Part shown: positions 1 through 9,559 of the stretch, piece after piece
Position numbering within the stretch: the stretch's first letter is position 1
Layout of the letters: each line of letters starts with the position of its first letter
Assembly: GCF_964204645.1 (NCBI RefSeq)
Contig: NC_134026.1
Location: 2,999,950 to 3,063,949 of the forward strand
Reading direction: 5' to 3'
DNA: 64,000 bases
DNA from: Tubulanus polymorphus
Taxonomy: Eukaryota > Animalia > Nemertea
Translations under genes and position numbers: made by a program
Notes under the pieces: model-generated
The model's input: the letters and a program-made list of their open reading frames with translations, nothing else
What the model was told of the DNA's origin: nothing
Databases searched by the model: none

Positions 1-1
1 A

Positions 2-3000
2 GACCAAGGTACAAATGACCAGATAGCCATTGACACTATCAAGAAATACCTCAACAACCAGAATCCACTTAGTGATGAATGGGTTGAAAATGGGGAAGTA
101 ATGACTGGTGCTGACACAAAATATTATTTCGATAGATTCACTTTTGATTTTACAAAAACAGTTCGTCTGCATAAGAATGTGCGGCCTTCATTTGTTGGTA
201 ACCAGACAACGATGAAAGCTTCCTTAACATTAAAAAAGAATTGGCAAACCCATAGATTAGATAATAAATTTGAATTTATTGAGCCAATTGTTGAGGATAC
301 TTCTCAATTTGTGGCTGCAGAAATGCTCATAAAATGTTCGTCAAAGTCTTCAGTTTGTAAATCATCATGTGGATATTATCTTTCAAAGTTGAATATGTCC
401 AGTAACATCACTAATTGTCCCTCATGTCAAATTGACGTTGTTTTAAATGATAAACAATGTATTCATTGCTCCATTACCATGTCTAACAAATGGAGGAAAA
501 ATGCTGATGGTGAAACACTTTGTTCCAACTGTTACAACTATAAGCTGAAGAATAAACGTGATCGTCCTGTGAAGTTAAGGCAGCAGTTTGAGCCAAAAAA
601 ATTAATTCACCCTCATTTTATGTGTTATTGGGCAACGAAACTTGTATTATTTAGTACTGATTTATCCAAGTGGAGAATCTTCAGCAAACCACTTAATGGT
701 CAATATCATGACAATATTCCTTTACAAATTAAAAAGCGACCTAATTTATCTACTAGAGATAGATGGGATGAAAATAGAGTCATGATGAAAGCCACAGCAA
801 TGAAGGTTCTTTCTGCCACCAATGCTCACAATAACCTTCATGTATCAAATGTAAATGATGGCGCCGGTCATGACCATACCCTAGATCAAATTTCAAATAG
901 ATTGAAATATATTGATAAATCTTCGATAAAATTACATATGAAATCTCAAGACGAAATACCTATTCTAAGTTCTGATTGGAGAAATACTGAAAAATTATTA
1001 GAGGGTAACTATGAATCTGTCCTTTTATTTCAACGAGGGGATGCCACACTCAAACGTAATTATCACATTATTCTCTCTGATCCTCGTTCTCTGGAACATT
1101 TATCCAACTTTGGACAATCTGTCATTGGTATTGACGTGAAACATGATTTCAATTCGTGGAAATTCAAAACTTCATTTGTAACTTTTGCAGACAACAAAAA
1201 TGAAGGACGTATTGCTGCTGCATCAATTAGTAGTGATGAAGGGGGGGCTACTCATGCAACTACCATCCAGTTAGTTCTAGCCAATACACCATGTAAAGAC
1301 GAAAAATGTAATCATCCATCTGAATTCTATATATTTAATGATGGCAATGGTTTTTTCAGAATCAAGCCATGTTCATCAACATCTAGATTTTGTCCTTTTG
1401 TACAACATGATAAAGATGCAAGTCTAAAGCAAGGAGCATCTGACAATAATCTTAAATCAGTACTATGTAATTTTCATGTCCTGCAGTGTATTCGTCGCTT
1501 CATGAATGAAAATCAAGAACTTCGCTTATTTTGCAAGCCTCTAGAAACTGGTTTCAAATGCATTATGAGATCATGGGATGCTTCCTCTAGAACTGATATA
1601 GCCAATTCATTTATTAGTTTTATTGAGAATGATATTTCTTTAGACCTTATGTCGCAAGATACAAAAACATTATTTATTGATTACCTAAAGAAGAATTGGT
1701 TTAATTCCCAAATTTGGTCTGATGCATTCAATGCTGAATCAATTTATCAGTCAGACCAATCTAACAGAAATAACCCTTTGCTATTAACTGATAATATTAC
1801 TGAGCGCAAATTCAAACAAATAGATGATGTCTACTTAAGTGGACACCTAAATAAACTGATATCATCTTTTGTACGATTACTGTTTGAAAATGTTTTTAAT
1901 GATGAGATCAAAGCGACAAATATGAACAATCTCCAATTTAAGCAACTTGACCAACGAGTTAAGAATATACGTCACCTTGAAAAGATAGAAAAGTGTTGCA
2001 AAAGAGCCTTTGATTTTTTACAGAATAATGAGATTTTAAAATATGATGAAGAAACTAATTGGTTTGTTGTGAAGAGTTCTTCACGAAAGAACTTAAATAG
2101 GTTAGAAGATAATGATAATTTTTTCAATGGTGATACTCAATATACATTCAATCAGCTTGATGTTTTAGAAGAAAGATTCCCCGATAAAGTATCAATATCC
2201 GAGGAACATTCATATGACATTTCAAAAAAATGCCGAAGGTACATAGGAAATTTAGATTCAATATCCAGTCGTATCTTATTCAATTACGTTATTACAATCG
2301 TTCCTGAAAATTGTCTTTCATACGTAGATGGTAATTGCCATTTAATCAATTTGAAACTAGGTATATGTACTTGTGAAGCTTTTATAATGATTGGACAACC
2401 ATATTTTTGCAAACATCTTTTTGCCTGTTTTGCCCAAAAAAACAATATAACCACAACGAAGGCTTTAATTGATGCATATAAATTCCACATTGTGGAGCCT
2501 CTGCCAACTTACAATTTTACTCGACAAAATATTTCTGTTTCATCTACCCTCATTGATAAGTTAAAAGATCATTCCCACATTGCTAGCTCGAATGATATCA
2601 ATGCTGCTCGGAAAGGGCACATTCTAAGTATTTTACATAATGAAAGCCACTGTGGAATTAAGTTAATAAGCGGACGACCTGCCAAACGACAACCTCACAA
2701 TATGGCTCATAGGCGTGCTGAGGGTCCAATCAAGGACAATCAGGTTGCCATAAACCTTCCTGAACTTGAAGTGATAGACCCTTACTGCCCTAAGGTTACA
2801 ATGCCTAAAGATGCTGAGAATGCAAGACACGGAGGGCGAAAGATAATTAGACCTGCTAACAGAGGTGTATCCTTTTCTGCTATGGTTGAAAATGCTGCTA
2901 TCAAACTAGGTAAAAAAGCTAAAATATCAGAAATTGAAACCATAGACTCCACTGATCCAGATCCTGGCAATGATATCGAATTTTCAGCAGATATTTTAAG

Positions 3001-3697
3001 TCAGAATAAATCATCCTTACCAAAAAAATCAAAAGATACCAAACCAAAAGATATTAAGTCAATACCAGTTGTTAAAAATGACTCGAAGTCTGTTTTATTT
3101 GAAAAAAGTATTGTCTGTTCCTTTTGTATTAAAGACAAAATAAATCCTCCATATCTTTGTTCATGTCGCAGGGAACTAGATAGGCACATATCCACTTCTC
3201 ATTCATCTTTGAAACCTATCTCATGTGCTATTTGTTGGGCAGATGGGGTTATTAATTCATATGCAAGTGAAACATTCCTTCAAAAGCACATTCGTATTGA
3301 ACATAATCATCATAAGAAAAAATCTATTGTAATCGATTATAATAATAGAGATGATTATCTCAACAGTTCTCCTATTACAGAAATCAATAATTCCAATTCT
3401 GAAAAAGAATTAGAAATTCTTATAGATCAACCTGGAAATGCAGGCCTCCAAAACCTAGCAAAATTGAAACTAGATAATCTTTTGTCATCAAAAGTTGAAA
3501 AAACCCCTTCTCAGTTAGTTGCTGAAACCTGCCCTGTCTGCCACAAAAACTGCAATGCTAATCCTAAGAAAAAGTCCACATTCTCAATTGAATGTGATAA
3601 TTGCCATAGATGGTATCATTGGAAATGTGCTCCAATCAATGAGGCTCCTCCTGAACATATCAGGTGGTTTTGTTTTCATTGTGACCCGATTTCCTAA
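2..3697 (+). CDS. Mutator-like (MULE) DDE transposase with GATA zinc finger, SWIM, C2H2-like and PHD fingers; 5' end lies outside the window
   Basis: The frame is open from nt 2 to the stop at 3697 with no introns. MULE-type motifs: IGIDVKH (D1, nt 1133), QHDKD (D2, nt 1409), LCNFHVLQ (CxxH), YLKKNW and TDNITERKF (E, nt 1802). SWIM CTC..CKH starts at 2366. GATA C-x2-C-x17-C-x2-C at 458-532. C-terminal C4HC3 PHD finger (CPVC..CDNCHRWYHWKC..WFCFHC). Confidence 0.8.
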   Translation, partial: DQGTNDQIAIDTIKKYLNNQNPLSDEWVENGEVMTGADTKYYFDRFTFDFTKTVRLHKNVRPSFVGNQTTMKASLTLKKNWQTHRLDNKFEFIEPIVEDTSQFVAAEMLIKCSSKSSVCKSSCGYYLSKLNMSSNITNCPSCQIDVVLNDKQCIHCSITMSNKWRKNADGETLCSNCYNYKLKNKRDRPVKLRQQFEPKKLIHPHFMCYWATKLVLFSTDLSKWRIFSKPLNGQYHDNIPLQIKKRPNLSTRDRWDENRVMMKATAMKVLSATNAHNNLHVSNVNDGAGHDHTLDQISNRLKYIDKSSIKLHMKSQDEIPILSSDWRNTEKLLEGNYESVLLFQRGDATLKRNYHIILSDPRSLEHLSNFGQSVIGIDVKHDFNSWKFKTSFVTFADNKNEGRIAAASISSDEGGATHATTIQLVLANTPCKDEKCNHPSEFYIFNDGNGFFRIKPCSSTSRFCPFVQHDKDASLKQGASDNNLKSVLCNFHVLQCIRRFMNENQELRLFCKPLETGFKCIMRSWDASSRTDIANSFISFIENDISLDLMSQDTKTLFIDYLKKNWFNSQIWSDAFNAESIYQSDQSNRNNPLLLTDNITERKFKQIDDVYLSGHLNKLISSFVRLLFENVFNDEIKATNMNNLQFKQLDQRVKNIRHLEKIEKCCKRAFDFLQNNEILKYDEETNWFVVKSSSRKNLNRLEDNDNFFNGDTQYTFNQLDVLEERFPDKVSISEEHSYDISKKCRRYIGNLDSISSRILFNYVITIVPENCLSYVDGNCHLINLKLGICTCEAFIMIGQPYFCKHLFACFAQKNNITTTKALIDAYKFHIVEPLPTYNFTRQNISVSSTLIDKLKDHSHIASSNDINAARKGHILSILHNESHCGIKLISGRPAKRQPHNMAHRRAEGPIKDNQVAINLPELEVIDPYCPKVTMPKDAENARHGGRKIIRPANRGVSFSAMVENAAIKLGKKAKISEIETIDSTDPDPGNDIEFSADILSQNKSSLPKKSKDTKPKDIKSIPVVKNDSKSVLFEKSIVCSFCIKDKINPPYLCSCRRELDRHISTSHSSLKPISCAICWADGVINSYASETFLQKHIRIEHNHHKKKSIVIDYNNRDDYLNSSPITEINNSNSEKELEILIDQPGNAGLQNLAKLKLDNLLSSKVEKTPSQLVAETCPVCHKNCNANPKKKSTFSIECDNCHRWYHWKCAPINEAPPEHIRWFCFHCDPIS

Positions 3698-4469
3698 ATA
3701 GTTTGTATAGAATATTATTGATCGGGTTTCGAATGAATCCCTGACGTTAGAAATATTTTCATTTCCCATGGTGAACGTAGAAGCCTATAATGACCGTCAC
3801 TTAGTCACCTATATATTTACTCGATTATATATAAGGTTAAGAAGCGATGTATATGCACTGGTGTTTATAGTGCTCTATTTCAGGTTTTTTCTTTCAGGAA
3901 AATATATTTTGTGAATAGATTACCGCTTGATTTTTTATGTTACAGGTTACTGCAAAATCATCAGTTATTGTGATGCGTGCCGATGTCTCTGGATGATTCT
4001 GACCATGTCTAGAACTTCAACATCCTTGACTTATCATCAATTGGCTGCAGTATACATACATGCATGTTCAGAGAGTGTATGAAGAGAGTGTATGGACACA
4101 TCAACCTCGGTTCAAGGCTGTCCCTGATTAAATTGTATAATCCATATATAATATATATAGATTGGTCCCATTTTAACTTACTCAACTGCTTGAATGTCTT
4201 GTTTGTTATTCGTAAATTTTCACTTATTCATTGATTGTTTCTGTAGAATTTTATATGTGATATATAAACGTGGAAACCAGGGCCCATTGCACTATGAAAG
4301 ACACTTGACATTTTTTTGGGACAGATCTTTCTATATGTTTATGTCCTCGAGGCATCTGAAGTTAAGAAAATTCCCTTTGAAAACTGGAAATGACATAATG
4401 AAATAAGTTGTGGAATGTTTACAAATGACAAAATGAATGAATTTTGCATTCCTAAGGCCCTATATATTT

Positions 4470-5335
4470 ACTGCAGTTAGTCCTGTATGTCTTTTTTATC
4501 GCAATTTACTGTGGTTTATTCCTGTTTGTCCTGTATGTCTTTGTGATCGCGATCGCAATTCATTGGTTGCATTGTTTACTGTTAGTCCTGTATGTCTATC
4601 GCAATTAAGTTAGTCCTGTATGTCCTGTATGTCTTAGTTAATCGCAATTCATTGGTTGTTGAATTGTCTACTGTTAGTCCTGTATGTCCTGTGGTTTAGT
4701 CCTGTATGTCTTAGTTAATCGCAATTCGTTGGTTGAATTGTCTACTGTTAATCCTGTATGTCCTGTATGTCTATCGCAATTAAGTTAGTCCTGTATTTCT
4801 TAAATAATCGCAATTCATTGGTTATTGAATTGTCTACTGTTAGTCCTGTATGTCCTGTGGTTTTGTCCTGTATGTCTTTGTGATCGCGATCGCAATTCAT
4901 TGGTTGCATTGTTTACTGTTAGTCCTGTATGTCTATCGCAATTAAGTTAGTCCTGTATGTCCTATATGTCTTAGTTAATCGCAATTCATTGGTTGTTGAA
5001 TTGTCTACTGTTAGTCCTGTATGTCCTGTGGTTTAGTCCTGTATGTCTTAGTTAATCGCAATTCGTTGGTTGAATTGTCTACTGTTAATCCTGTATGTCC
5101 TGTATGTCTATCGCAATTAAGTTAGTCCTGTTTGTCCTGTATGTCTTAGCTACGAGCAATTATCAAACTTGATAATTGCTCGTAGGTCTTAGTTAATCGC
5201 AATTCATTGGTTGCATGGTTTACTGTTAAAGCTGTATGTTCTGTATCTCTATCGCAATTTCATTGGTTGCATTGTTTACTGTTAAAGCTGTATGTTCTGT
5301 ATCTCTATCGCAATTTCATTGGTTGAATTGTTAAC
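4470..5335. repeat. Complex minisatellite with a higher-order period of about 337 bp, possibly subterminal to the MULE
   Basis: Interleaved GTCCTGTAT, ATCGCAATT (about 15 copies) and ATTGGTT motifs. The block GATCGCGATCGC occurs at 4545 and 4882 with long near-identical flanks. Confidence 0.9.
5150..5185. mobile_element. 36-bp palindromic mini-insertion with 7-bp TSD
   Basis: CTACGAGCAATTATCAA-AC-TTGATAATTGCTCGTAG has perfect 17-bp arms and is flanked by GTCTTAG at 5143-5149 and 5186-5192. Sister repeat units contain a single GTCTTAG. Confidence 0.75.
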
Positions 5336-5482
5336 AGTCCTCTGTATGTACATGTAAAAATAATTAAGGTTCTGACAACAGGTTTGTAAAGTAATCAGCT
5401 ATCTGTTTTGTCTATCGTTGCTTAAATTGTTAACTGTTGTTTTAGAGTTCTGTATGTCTTTGTCGATCATTTTGTCTGCACT

Positions 5483-5721
5483 CAGGGGCGGATCCAGCAT
5501 TTTGAAGGGGGGGGCAAATGAAAGCAACAACAGATGGCTGTAAGCCATTCCAGAGCAAGCACCGATAACGCGAAGACCCTTCCTAAAAATTTTTTGGAAA
5601 AATAGATGCAAGCAGGTGCATTCTGAGCATTACTTAATAGAAAGATTTCATTCGGTTTTTACTCAGTAACGCATAGATTTGCGGCTACATCGGTAAAAAT
5701 AGAGGGGTGGATCCGCCACTG
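5483..5721. mobile_element. MITE, CAGGGGCGGATCCA-type TIR family
   Basis: Termini CAGGGGCGGATCCA ... TGGATCCGCCACTG. Related copies at 54303-54475 and (degenerate) 24463-24571. No clear TSD. Confidence 0.7.
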
Positions 5722-6350
5722 AATAGCTATTGTTTTGTGTAGGATTGTATCTGTGAATTAAGTAAAGTTACTTACTCCAGTCTGATGTTATTGCTTATTG
5801 CTCGTATTTTATTGTTTTAAGTGTGCGAATACTTTTCTTAGATTTATGGAGATCAGGATGACGAGGGTTCGATTTGAACCAACAAATAAACAAAAACATT
5901 CAAACCTCAAATTAATCCGTTTACTTGTCTTTATTTTTGGGGAACATTTTTTTACCTAGTTCAGATTTGATAACACAGTAGTCGCTTGTTCCAAAGCGAT
6001 GTGCCGTTGAAGACAGACCTGAAGGTCTTTGCCGACAGCGATGCTATCCAGGATTTCAAAGGATGTGAAGAAGGTGCATCTTCGACAACCATAGTTTGCA
6101 GTTTTAACAATTTAAAACAATAATAGTTTCATTAAACAACTTAAAATTTAAAGATTTAGTGGACTTACTGTTTAACCAGGGCAGGGATTTCTCTCAACCG
6201 TACATGATATATACATACACTAGCAGTAAATACAATGTACTTCTAACCCTTATAAAACTTAAACTATTATTAGTTATTTTACAATTATTAAACGGCAACG
6301 TTGAAATGCGATGTGCGCTCAGAGCGGCCGTAGTGATTTTGGCGTATTGT

Positions 6351-6388
6351 GGGATTCGAACCGCTCGGAATTTGTACTAGTGACGTCA
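6351..6388. promoter_or_regulatory. Orphan B-box (GGTTCGAATCCC, minus strand) plus CRE palindrome TGACGTCA
   Basis: GGGATTCGAACC at 6351-6362 and TGACGTCA at 6381-6388, in a CpG-richer stretch upstream of the gene at 6822. Confidence 0.5.
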
Positions 6389-6821
6389 CTCGCCATCGAC
6401 CAAAACAGGCTTTCAACCTTTTGCGATCAAATCATAATAACCATCGTAAAGTGAAAGGGTCGAAGTTAAAATTAAAATTAATTTTTATTTTTTAATCGGA
6501 TAGACGGTGCCACCATCTTTGAAACGATCGACAATACCTGAATTTGGGTTAATTACCTATTGTCGGCGGGACGGAGGTCGGAGGTGAGGATATTATTTTA
6601 ATATAGTCAGTTTCGTCTTCGTTTCTAATATGACTTGTTTTTACCATATGTAGCCCACTGTGTATATATTTATTATGCATAAACATGAAATAATTTTTTT
6701 GTAGTTCGTGTCACTGCCGGTGTATTGCACTGCAGTCGTTATTCAAGGCAGTTCCGGCTCAGAGGCTTTGGGCAGTGTTTTCTCGGTCGCCCTCCAGTGC
6801 ACAGCACAGTGCTCGTGAACA

Positions 6822-8757
6822 ATGGCATGTTCGTCACGGGGTGAACATGCTCTCTCTGTAACATTCAGAAAACGAAAAATCAATGTTTTTGCTGATCCGC
6901 AAAATGAAAAACCGTCGGCGTCGGTGTTGAAATTCCAGTATCAACCCTTGCTGGAACTGGAAAGTGATTCGACATGTAGCGAAAATAATTTGCTGCTGCT
7001 CTCAGTAACTATGTGGAGTGAGGAACTCGAAGAAAAGATTTACGAGGAATTAGGATCCATCTATCAAACTGTCAATATACAAATGATGCCACTGGACGAG
7101 GTACAAAAAAACTTGCCACCAACTTTCAGTTTCATCAGTTCATGGCGTACCAACTTCGATCTTGAAATCATTACATTTTACTAGTAGCCTAATGTAAGGC
7201 TTTTCTTCTTTTTAGGTGAAATTAGAATGGAGAAACCCGCCAAACAACATTTGCTTTGATGATCCAGTTTCATTAGATCATTGTCCTATGGTCCATGTAT
7301 TTACTGTGGAATGTCAGAATGCTGCAGCGGCCAAAATATATGCCAACCAAATTCGCCGTTCACCGCAAACGCTCGCCCGAGGTTTGCATGTTTCTGCGAT
7401 ATGCGATGGCCAGAAATCATCGCTAAAGATTAATTTGGGTTGCGCTCCTGAAAGACAACAAGGTGGAGGCAGCAATGATGCCGATCACTCATCCAACGGA
7501 GCTAATGATGTTGCGGAGCTGATGACAACTGTCAAAGAAAATATTGCACAGGTGGAAGAAAAACTGGCACTGAGTTTGAATGCTATGAATGAAGACGTTA
7601 AACAATACCACGACAATATGGAAAATCGTTTCACTCATCTCGAAACAACTGTCAATCAAGTGGCACAATCAACTAGTCAAGATCCGACGCGCGAAGAACT
7701 GGCCGCTGTGAACGAACTATTTAGGAAGTTAGAGTTGGATGTGACGCAAATCCAGAGAGACCAACGCGTAAAGGACGAAGAAACGAAAGAGTTGAAAAAT
7801 CGATTGAAAGCTACAAACGATTTATTAGAGGCTGCAAATGATCAAATCAAAGAATTGAAAATTAAGCTCGAAAAAACGACGACAAAAAGCAAAGATTTTA
7901 CCGTGGCCTACAGTAAACAAATATTAACCTCGTATAGGCAAGATTATATGACGGTTATTCCTGCTGAACGCGATGGTGCCAAATCACTTTTGATAACTGC
8001 TGATTGTAGGAAAGATGCTAGTCTTTTCTGCTATGACAGTAAAAGAATAAATACATATTTGTCTAATAAGGAAACCATACGAGGATTAGGTACTTCTAAT
8101 GATGGTCGTCTGTACGTTTTAGTTTTTCTAGACGACGGCAGTTCATACTTGAAGCAGTACAGAAAGAAGGTTCCTCTAGCTGAAGATTACATCACAGATA
8201 TCATCACAGTCGATGCCGCGACGTGTCATCTTTCATTCGTCCTGAAAAATGACGTCGCATACATTCAAACGCAAACGAAGATATTCGCGATGCCGCTCGA
8301 TGAAAAATCTGGTCTAATCGATAGGAATAAGATGGCAATTCGTGAATTACCAGATAATTGCTCGTCCGAGTGGATTAATAGTTTTGATGTGAATGACCGC
8401 GGTGAGATGTTCCTGTTTTGCTACAGACGAAGGCGGTTGTTGTATCTAGATTCTGATTGCGGTTTGCTCGATGGTTTCGTCGTAGACCTGCCGGATCTAC
8501 CGTTCCCGCCTCATCTCGTTTTCCCGCACGTACTAAGCGATTCCAGTTTGCTGTTGTCCGTCAGTCCCAAGGTAGAAAACAAGGGAGCTTTGATCCTCGT
8601 TGAATATGACCGGGAATCTTTCCAAGGGTCGAAAATTATCTTCACTGAAATTGACAGCATATTGTGCGATTTACAGATAGTTGACGACGAGTTGGCAGTT
8701 CGTCATTACGACAGATCCAGTACACAGAGAGCATTGCGGTTGTATAAGATAAACTAA
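6822..8757 (+). CDS. Uncharacterised protein of about 606 aa: coiled coil plus probable C-terminal beta-propeller (NHL-like); coding exons 6822-7100 and 7216-8757
   Basis: Donor GAG|GTACAA at 7101 and acceptor TTCTTTTTAG at 7215 join the two ORFs in phase 0. The central region is heptad-rich. The C-terminal half has repeats such as GLGTSNDGRLYV and SFDVNDRGEMFL. Confidence 0.7.
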
Positions 8758-8811
8758 ACTGGAATATGATAAAGCCGTTGAAATGAATTTTACCATCATC
8801 AAGTTACAGGC

Positions 8812-8939
8812 TAGTCAGTGACCTGTCTGACGGATTACTGACTAGCCTGTCTGTGCTTCAGTTTCACGATAGGATATTTTCATGGAAAAGCCTGTTCGAT
8901 TATAAAAGCTTACCACTAACGATTTAAGGAAACTAACCA
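8812..8939. mobile_element. Dispersed TAG...CTA-ended non-autonomous element (degenerate copy with local inversion)
   Basis: Shares TAGTCAGT.ACCTGTCTG, GGATATTTTCA and TATAAAAGCTTACCAC.AACGATT with copies at 36124, 55295 and 56729. Confidence 0.7.
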
Positions 8940-9294
8940 AGGTTCGGCTGCTAATGAAGTTGTTTTATGCATGTAAGCATAGCCGTCAAATGTAGATGCA
9001 ACACATATATCATAAAAGAAAAATATTGTACATGAAAAAGAATATTGTCACATATTTTATGATGCACATTCTGTTCAATCCTCGATTATTGATTGTAAAT
9101 AAATACATGTAGTAACTTTAAATGTCTCGTCAGAATCGATATAATAGGCTACAGTCCGTTGAATCAAATCCGACCAGAATCTGGAGTTTGCTGTGGTTTT
9201 CCACGTCCCATTTTAAAATAATTTTATATGAACCGTTTACAACCTAGAGGAAGAACACCAGTTTCAATGCAGGAGAGGCTTAAATGGACATCTG

Positions 9295-9559
9295 GGGCCA
9301 GTTGCACAGTCGTGACTTAAGTCAAAAAGTGGTCTTAAATCTTAAGACGTACCAGTCTTAAGTTGTTATATTGGCTATAGAACTAAGTTGGTCTTAGACT
9401 GGTCTTAAGTCTAAGCCATGACTATGCAACCGGCCCCAGGGGCCAGTTGCATAGTTGTGACTTAAGTCCAAAAGTGGTCTTAAGTTGTTAGATTAGCTAT
9501 AGAACTAAGTTGGTCTTAGACTGGTCTTAAGTCTTAAGCCACGACTATGCAACTGGCCC
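9295..9559. mobile_element. Two head-to-tail PIF/Harbinger-like MITEs (9295-9436 and 9440-9559)
   Basis: Each has GGGCCAGTTGCA...TGCAACYGGCCC TIRs and internal CTTAAG repeats. The 3-bp CWG flanks are CTG / CAG / CTG. Confidence 0.8.

Noticed and set aside
3880-4410. Additional coding exons or a second transposon gene downstream of the transposase
   Set aside because: Acceptor-like sites exist at 3884 and 3945, but the frames are short and show no recognisable motif.
4470-5335. CRISPR-like array
   Set aside because: There are no unique spacers between constant repeats, the context is eukaryotic and there are no cas genes. It is a degenerate minisatellite.
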